A stretch of 12,583 bases of DNA. It comes from a virus (taxonomy: Duplodnaviria > Heunggongvirae > Uroviricota > Caudoviricetes). Below the pieces are notes generated by a model. It was given only the letters and a program-made list of their open reading frames with translations. It was not told the DNA's origin and made no database searches. The stretch lies in the IMG/VR virus record IMGVR_UViG_2562617113_000016; one strand, 5' to 3'. Numbering within the stretch: the stretch's first letter is position 1; the number at the start of each line of letters is the position of its first letter. The translations under genes and the position numbers were made by a program. Below, in pieces: positions 7,242-12,583 of the stretch.

Positions 7242-8531
7242 ATGAAAAAAAATGTTGGTAACCGCAATAAAAATTCTGATGTGCTTATTCTTAAAGGTAT
7301 GTTGAACAATTTAAAAGATGGTTTAAATAATTTTGAATTATTGCTTAAATTGCAGTTTAAAATATTGGTGTGCGTGATGAGATGTGAGCGGAAAATTAAG
7401 TTTCTTAAAAAGAATAATGCTCATTTAAGGTCGGTGTTAAAAAAATCAAGACTTCCAAAAGAAAAATCTCTGGCAGTAAAAGAAAAAATTAAATACAATT
7501 CTGAAGTAATTACTGCTGAAAAATTCAAGATATATACGTATAAAATGTTTGGCGATGCTGTTGCATTTTTATACATCGATAAATATACAATTAAACAGTT
7601 ATACTACAATGTACATAATTACAATGTTAAAGAAACGTCGGGGGATTTGAGCGGTAAGTCTGGATTGCGAGAGGAATGGGAATGCGTAAAACTTGCATGT
7701 GATAATAAAGTTCCAGCTCTGTTGCATGATATTACAATGAGTATAAGGCATGGAGATGTATCACTTTTAGGTAAAGATGAGCCATTTATTATTGAGATGA
7801 AATCAAGCTCAAATACAAATAAGAGAGTTGAGCGGCAAAAATCTAACCTTGAAAAATTAGGAAGTTTCATAGCAAAAGACGAAGCTGAAAATTTTCGAGG
7901 GATTCCATTGTTAATCAGGAAAAATTTGTTAACTGAAGAGGAATCATATTCTCAGGTTTTAAATGAGTGTCTTAATGATTGTCGCAGCAAAGGAATGGCT
8001 TTGGTTGAAGCTGAAAAAGGATTTTATATCTGCGCAGTTAGAGAAGGGAATATGGCTTCTATGCTAGAAAATATAGATTTTGATGAAAAAAAAGAAGTTT
8101 TTCCTGTATTTCTCAATCAATATAAAAATAATGGGGAATGGCTACCATTAACACCATTTACACTATTAATTAACGATCCTTACGATCTCCATGATTTTAT
8201 CGAAGGGGAATTAACAATAGCTTGTTTTTTAATGCTCGATGAATACAAAAAAATTGCTATAGAACTAGGCTATGAATTAGTTTTTGTTTCAAATGATGAA
8301 TATAGTATCTTGTTAAAAAGAATTGGTGAAGATATTATATTTGGTGTTTCCTGGCAAATGTTGTTAAGAGTTCCATTAGAGATGATGTCCATGTCATGGT
8401 TGATAAAAGAAAGTATTAATATATATAGTAACTCCCTAGAAAATAGCACCCATAATGATGAATTAAATCAGGGGCAGGGAAATACTAAAAATTCATTATT
8501 CGAAAAATACAAGAATTTATTTTCTTACTAA
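7242..8531 (+). CDS. cargo protein A, unknown function, putative PD-(D/E)xK-fold nuclease
   Basis: 1.3-kb ORF in AT-rich DNA, where random ORFs of this length are improbable. First ATG at 7242; track start is GTG at 7227. Motif ...PALLHD(168)...FIIE(190)MK(192) fits the hhhD...hhhExK pattern. No strong RBS seen. Confidence 0.8.
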   Translation: MKKNVGNRNKNSDVLILKGMLNNLKDGLNNFELLLKLQFKILVCVMRCERKIKFLKKNNAHLRSVLKKSRLPKEKSLAVKEKIKYNSEVITAEKFKIYTYKMFGDAVAFLYIDKYTIKQLYYNVHNYNVKETSGDLSGKSGLREEWECVKLACDNKVPALLHDITMSIRHGDVSLLGKDEPFIIEMKSSSNTNKRVERQKSNLEKLGSFIAKDEAENFRGIPLLIRKNLLTEEESYSQVLNECLNDCRSKGMALVEAEKGFYICAVREGNMASMLENIDFDEKKEVFPVFLNQYKNNGEWLPLTPFTLLINDPYDLHDFIEGELTIACFLMLDEYKKIAIELGYELVFVSNDEYSILLKRIGEDIIFGVSWQMLLRVPLEMMSMSWLIKESINIYSNSLENSTHNDELNQGQGNTKNSLFEKYKNLFSY

Positions 8532-8563
8532 TTAAGCATTGTAATTATATTTGATTTTTTCTA

Positions 8564-8597
8564 CAGGCTTGGACGGAATCATATAGCTCCAAGCCTG
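8564..8597. terminator. hairpin between the convergent cargo genes (candidate terminator, mainly for gene A)
   Basis: Perfect 10-bp stem CAGGCTTGGA / TCCAAGCCTG with 14-nt loop; followed by TGTTGTGTC on the plus strand; a T-run precedes it. Confidence 0.5.
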
Positions 8598-8632
8598 TTG
8601 TGTCGGTATCAAAAAGAAAGTGATATTATTGT

Positions 8633-10006
8633 TTATCTAATATATTTTGTTACTTCCATATTATCTTCATCGTCAAAAGAGTACTCAACCATCATACGAC
8701 TATTTTTACCTGACTTAATATCTTGAAGCCAAGCTGAGGCAACCCTAGGGTCTAAATGCTGTTTTCTACTCAGCTCATTATTTTTTAGCCTATCAAGCCT
8801 TATTGCTCTTTGAAGAGTTTTATCGATGTAGTCTTCCAAATCAATGGACAACCTCCTTTTTGGATATAAATATTGGTATTCATCACACAATAGTACTCCT
8901 GGTAATTTAATTTCGCGTAGGTCGAAAGAATACCAACTATAGTTTTTAGACTCATTAGCTAATTCCGAAACTAGATGAGCCCCATTTTGTTGTAAGAGAG
9001 ATATTTTGTGATCGATGCTAATGTCAGATATTTCTCTTAAAGACTCAAAATGCATGTTTTCGTAGATAGTATTTAATAAAATACTCTCCATGTAAGAGTA
9101 AAAATCAGTACCATCGATGATAATATTAGTTTCATTGTAGACTGCAAGAGACATAAGATATATGAAGAAAACTGCGGGAGTACTATTACCTCTGTTTATA
9201 TCAAGTCTAAGGGAGTTGACATAATCAGGCGGAGAGTTTGAGAAAATTTCTCTTATTAACCAGTCTGGAATAGTGGTTCTTGTTAGAATGTCAGCGTTCA
9301 AACTTGAACGACATAAAAAAATACACATCTTTAATTTTAATTTTATTGAAAATGATGGGAATAAATGATCGATGAAAGATAAAATACATGTATACTCTGC
9401 TAAGTCTGTTTGTTGCAACTTTTCTTTTATTTCATTTTCAAGCATTTTTAATTTAAAAAAATCATTCCTTTTTTCTAATATTTCCCAATGAAATAATTGC
9501 TCCTGAGCGTACGCATGCCCCTCTAAAATAGCTAGCATGCTTAAAGGAATGTTTAGGATTTCTTGATAATTATTAACATACCCAAAGAAATGGACTCTGA
9601 TATACACACCCATATCGTCATCATATTGTAATGATGCTTTAATATTTTTATAATTTAATTTATTAGTGCTGTTGTTTTTGAAGTGATAATGTAAAGTAAT
9701 TTCAGTATCATCAACTAATAAATTATCAAAAGCCTCCTTTGTTTCATATTTAAAATAGTTATATAGCCGACATGAATAATTTAACCCCCAGTGAGTTGTA
9801 GAACAATCAAGTAAATGGATTGTTTCATGGAGATATGTTTTATAAAATTCAATTTCGCTATCATCAAAATCATATATGCTTTTACTGTCTATGATATTTT
9901 GTGCTTGCGGTAAACTTATATTTAATTCATCGTTTGAAATCTCAATTAAATGTGATGAAAAATCATAAGAACCCAATGTTTTGCTGTTAAATATACATCC
10001 GCTCAT
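8633..10006 (-). CDS. cargo protein B, unknown function, putative zincin-like metallopeptidase (HEXXH)
   Basis: 457-aa ORF in AT-rich DNA. HETIH at residues 60-64 (DNA 9815-9829) in the context YKTYLHETIHLLD. Start ATG overlaps the integrase stop (ATGA) with AGGGGA RBS 6 nt upstream. Confidence 0.8.
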   Translation of the reverse strand: MSGCIFNSKTLGSYDFSSHLIEISNDELNISLPQAQNIIDSKSIYDFDDSEIEFYKTYLHETIHLLDCSTTHWGLNYSCRLYNYFKYETKEAFDNLLVDDTEITLHYHFKNNSTNKLNYKNIKASLQYDDDMGVYIRVHFFGYVNNYQEILNIPLSMLAILEGHAYAQEQLFHWEILEKRNDFFKLKMLENEIKEKLQQTDLAEYTCILSFIDHLFPSFSIKLKLKMCIFLCRSSLNADILTRTTIPDWLIREIFSNSPPDYVNSLRLDINRGNSTPAVFFIYLMSLAVYNETNIIIDGTDFYSYMESILLNTIYENMHFESLREISDISIDHKISLLQQNGAHLVSELANESKNYSWYSFDLREIKLPGVLLCDEYQYLYPKRRLSIDLEDYIDKTLQRAIRLDRLKNNELSRKQHLDPRVASAWLQDIKSGKNSRMMVEYSFDDEDNMEVTKYIR

Positions 10007-10278
10007 AGCAAATCCCCTAAAAGATAATCAGAGTACCATTGAATCATCGTTTTCCTTTGAGAAAAATATTGTGCGTGATTATAGGTTCCTCGGATATTGT
10101 TCTTATCAACATGTGCTAATTGCATTTCAATCCAGGTACTATCAAATCCCTGTTCATGTAGGATTGTTGACATTGTATGTCTAAAACCGTGACCTGTAGC
10201 ACGTCCTTTGTAACCAAGTAACTCAATCACTTGTGAAACACTTTCTTTTGAAATTGGTTTGCTACGTAACCGGCTCAT
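10003..10278 (-). pseudogene. int: tyrosine recombinase (P4-type integrase), C-terminal remnant only
   Basis: 91-aa ORF with catalytic-domain signature GHGFRHT...LAHVDKNNIRGTYNHA (R-H-R-Y region). The upstream in-frame codon is a stop and no integrase-like sequence is found further upstream; IS DNA begins there. Confidence 0.8.
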
Positions 10279-10318
10279 TTAAACCGTCTGGTCTGTTTCC
10301 TCCGGCTCTACAAAAATA

Positions 10319-10996
10319 ATGTCCATCATTTTTAATGGACACTATCGTATGAAACACCGGACCTGGATCACTGAAGCTTTACGTCTTCACTTTGAAGAAC
10401 ATTTACCCCGGGTTGTGGCCGGGCGTCGCCTGGGTGTACCAAAATCAACAGTTTGTAGTATGTTCGTGCGCTTTCGGAGAGCTGGCCTTTCGTGGCCTTT
10501 GCCCGCAGGCATGTCGGAGCAGGAACTTGATGCCTGCCTTTACGGACAATTTTCCACGGTACCAGTCGTACGTCCTGAAAGCACCGTTATATCCGAAGCC
10601 CCCGTGGTAAAAAAACGTCCCCGGCGGCCCAACTTCCCTTATGAGTTTAAAATCGCCTTAGTGGAGCAGTCACTGCAGCCCGGAGCCTGTGTGGCGCAGA
10701 TCGCCCGGGAAAACGGAATCAACGATAACCTGCTCTTCAACTGGCGCCATCAATACCGGAAAGGTGGCCTGCTGCCTTCCGGAAAAAATATGCCGGCACT
10801 GCTTCCCGTGACGTTAACGCCGGAGCCGGATAATAAAATCCCGGCCCCCGCACAGGAACCAGAGCAGATAAATACACCGTCCGACAGTCTGTGTTGTGAG
10901 CTGGTTCTGCCGGCCGGAACTCTCAGGCTTAAAGGTAAACTGACGCCGGCGTTATTACAGACACTTATCCGCGAAATAAAAGGGAGCAGCCACTGA
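10319..10996 (+). CDS. tnpA: IS66-family TnpA (orf1) accessory protein with HTH; N-terminal extent uncertain
   Basis: 225-aa ORF. C-terminal part (KRPRRPNFPYEFKIALVEQSLQPGACVAQIARENGINDNLLFNWRHQYRKG) is a transposase HTH typical of IS66 orf1. N-terminal about 90 aa carries a second HTH (LRLHFEEHLPRVVAGRRLGVPKSTV...AGLSWPLP) that resembles IS21-family IstA N-termini from memory. Confidence 0.65.
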   Translation: MSIIFNGHYRMKHRTWITEALRLHFEEHLPRVVAGRRLGVPKSTVCSMFVRFRRAGLSWPLPAGMSEQELDACLYGQFSTVPVVRPESTVISEAPVVKKRPRRPNFPYEFKIALVEQSLQPGACVAQIARENGINDNLLFNWRHQYRKGGLLPSGKNMPALLPVTLTPEPDNKIPAPAQEPEQINTPSDSLCCELVLPAGTLRLKGKLTPALLQTLIREIKGSSH

Positions 10997-11343
10997 TGAT
11001 ATCTCTCCCTGCAGGTTCGCGTATCTGGCTGGTTGCAGGTATCACCGATATGCGAAATGGCTTTAACGGCCTGGCATCAAAAGTTCAGAACGTCCTGAAG
11101 GATGACCCGTTCTCCGGACACCTGTTCATCTTCCGCGGACGCCGGGGTGACCAGATAAAAGTGTTGTGGGCTGACAGTGACGGACTGTGCCTCTTCACCA
11201 AACGCCTGGAGCGGGGCCGCTTCGTCTGGCCAGTCACCCGTGACGGCAAGGTGCACCTTACTCCGGCTCAGTTATCCATGCTTCTTGAAGGTATCAACTG
11301 GAAGCACCCGAAACGAACGGAACGCGCTGGAATCCGCATATAA
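10996..11343 (+). CDS. tnpB: IS66-family TnpB (orf2)
   Basis: 115-aa ORF with ATGA overlap to tnpA; sequence (..GLCLFTKRLERGRFVWP..) matches IS66 Orf2-like proteins as recalled. Confidence 0.85.
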   Translation: MISLPAGSRIWLVAGITDMRNGFNGLASKVQNVLKDDPFSGHLFIFRGRRGDQIKVLWADSDGLCLFTKRLERGRFVWPVTRDGKVHLTPAQLSMLLEGINWKHPKRTERAGIRI

Positions 11344-11362
11344 CCCGTTGTAAAGTGAGGAT

Positions 11363-12583
11363 ATGGACACCTCACTTGCTCATGAGAACGCCCGCCTGCG
11401 GGCACTGTTGCAGACGCAACAGGACACCATCCGCCAGATGGCTGAATACAACCGCCTGCTCTCACAGCGGGTGGCGGCTTATGCTTCCGAAATCAACCGG
11501 CTGAAGGCGCTGGTTGCGAAACTGCAACGTATGCAGTTCGGTAAAAGCTCAGAAAAACTTCGTGCAAAAACCGAACGGCAGATACAGGAAGCACAGGAGC
11601 GAATCAGCGCACTTCAGGAAGAAATGGCGGAAACGCTGGGTGAGCAATATGACCCGGTACTGCCATCCGCCCTGCGCCAGTCTTCAGCCCGTAAACCGTT
11701 ACCGGCCTCACTTCCCCGTGAAACCCGGGTTATCCGGCCGGAAGAGGAATGCTGTCCTGCCTGTGGTGGTGAACTCAGTTCTCTGGGATGTGATGTGTCA
11801 GAGCAACTGGAGCTTATCAGCAGCGCCTTTAAGGTTATCGAAACACAACGTCCGAAACAGGCCTGTTGCCGGTGCGACCATATCGTGCAGGCACCAGTAC
11901 CTTCAAAACCCATTGCACGCAGTTATGCCGGAGCGGGGCTTCTGGCCCATGTTGTCACCGGGAAATATGCAGACCATCTGCCGTTATACCGCCAGTCAGA
12001 AATATACCGTCGTCAGGGAGTGGAGCTGAGCCGTGCCACACTGGGGCGCTGGACAGGTGCTGTTGCTGAACTGCTGGAGCCGCTGTATGACGTCCTGCGC
12101 CAGTATGTGCTGATGCCCGGTAAAGTCCATGCTGATGATATCCCCGTCCCGGTCCAGGAGCCGGGCAGCGGTAAAACCCGGACAGCCCGGCTGTGGGTCT
12201 ACGTCCGTGATGACCGTAACGCCGGTTCACAGATGCCCCCGGCGGTCTGGTTCGCGTACAGTCCGGACCGGAAAGGTATCCATCCACAAAATCACCTGGC
12301 CGGTTACAGCGGTGTGCTTCAGGCCGATGCTTACGGTGGTTACCGGGCGTTATACGAATCCGGCAGAATAACGGAAGCCGCGTGTATGGCTCATGCCCGG
12401 AGAAAAATCCACGATGTGCATGCAAGAGCGCCCACCTACATCACCACGGAAGCCCTGCAGCGTATCGGTGAACTGTATGCCATCGAGGCAGAGGTCCGGG
12501 GCTGTTCAGCAGAACAGCGTCTGGCGGCAAGAAAAGCCAGAGCCGCGCCACTGATGCAGTCACTGTATGACTGGATACAGCAA
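11363..12583 (+). CDS. tnpC: IS66-family transposase TnpC (orf3), 5' partial, runs off the window
   Basis: Translated by hand from ATG 11363: [29 protein letters not shown]..., with leucine-zipper-like N-terminus and CPACGG...CCRCDH zinc motif typical of IS66 transposases. Open to the window end, so absent from the ORF track. Confidence 0.85.
   Translation, partial: MDTSLAHENARLRALLQTQQDTIRQMAEYNRLLSQRVAAYASEINRLKALVAKLQRMQFGKSSEKLRAKTERQIQEAQERISALQEEMAETLGEQYDPVLPSALRQSSARKPLPASLPRETRVIRPEEECCPACGGELSSLGCDVSEQLELISSAFKVIETQRPKQACCRCDHIVQAPVPSKPIARSYAGAGLLAHVVTGKYADHLPLYRQSEIYRRQGVELSRATLGRWTGAVAELLEPLYDVLRQYVLMPGKVHADDIPVPVQEPGSGKTRTARLWVYVRDDRNAGSQMPPAVWFAYSPDRKGIHPQNHLAGYSGVLQADAYGGYRALYESGRITEAACMAHARRKIHDVHARAPTYITTEALQRIGELYAIEAEVRGCSAEQRLAARKARAAPLMQSLYDWIQQ

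Larger units (their letters stand above)
10265..12583 (+). mobile_element. IS66-family insertion sequence (tnpA-tnpB-tnpC), partial; continues beyond the window
   Basis: Three co-directional ORFs typical of the IS66 family; composition switches back to GC-rich at about 10280; possible GTAA terminus at 10265-10268. Left boundary is uncertain within about 10265-10280. Confidence 0.75.

Noticed and set aside
7641-7664. Walker A-like GDLSGKSG in cargo protein A
   Set aside because: Spacing is G-x3-GKS rather than the canonical G-x4-GK[ST], and no Walker B or other NTPase motifs follow; probably coincidental.
7620-7870. 83-aa minus-strand ORF inside cargo gene A
   Set aside because: Fully contained antisense within the much longer gene A frame.
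8996-9010. YDDD in cargo protein B as a reverse-transcriptase YxDD motif (position approximate)
   Set aside because: Isolated tetrapeptide with none of the surrounding RT motifs and no adjacent structured ncRNA; not a retron.
11514-12425. Alternate-frame and antisense ORFs inside tnpC (11514..12029, 11614..11913, 11866..12069, 11955..12425, 12129..12371)
   Set aside because: The tnpC frame translates to a recognisable IS66 transposase along its whole length; these overlapping ORFs are frame artefacts of GC-rich DNA.

Overview
The window reads as a P4-like phage satellite (P2/P4 family) followed by insertion-sequence DNA. From left to right: the alpha primase-helicase gene (minus strand, split by an apparent -1 frameshift), left-operon genes (orf106-like, orf151-like, a 95-aa epsilon-like ORF, a small 65-aa ORF), a leader with a P4-style RNA-immunity layout, a vis/AlpA-like gene, a cluster of TGTTCACC-type iterons flanked by two divergent TGT-N12-ACA late-promoter dyads, then sid-delta-psu and the 19-nt P2/P4 cos sequence. 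Immediately after cos the DNA becomes markedly AT-rich for about 3 kb and carries two long convergent genes of unknown function: a 434-aa protein with a PD-(D/E)xK-like nuclease motif and a 457-aa protein with an HEXXH zincin-like motif. This is the variable cargo position of P4-like satellites and is the best candidate for an undescribed system, most plausibly anti-phage. The 457-aa gene overlaps the stop codon of an AT-rich P4-type integrase gene that retains only its C-terminal end, cut off by an IS66-family element (tnpA-tnpB-tnpC) that runs off the right edge. All assignments rest on reading the sequence and on recalled family signatures; no database search was run, and all positions were counted by hand.
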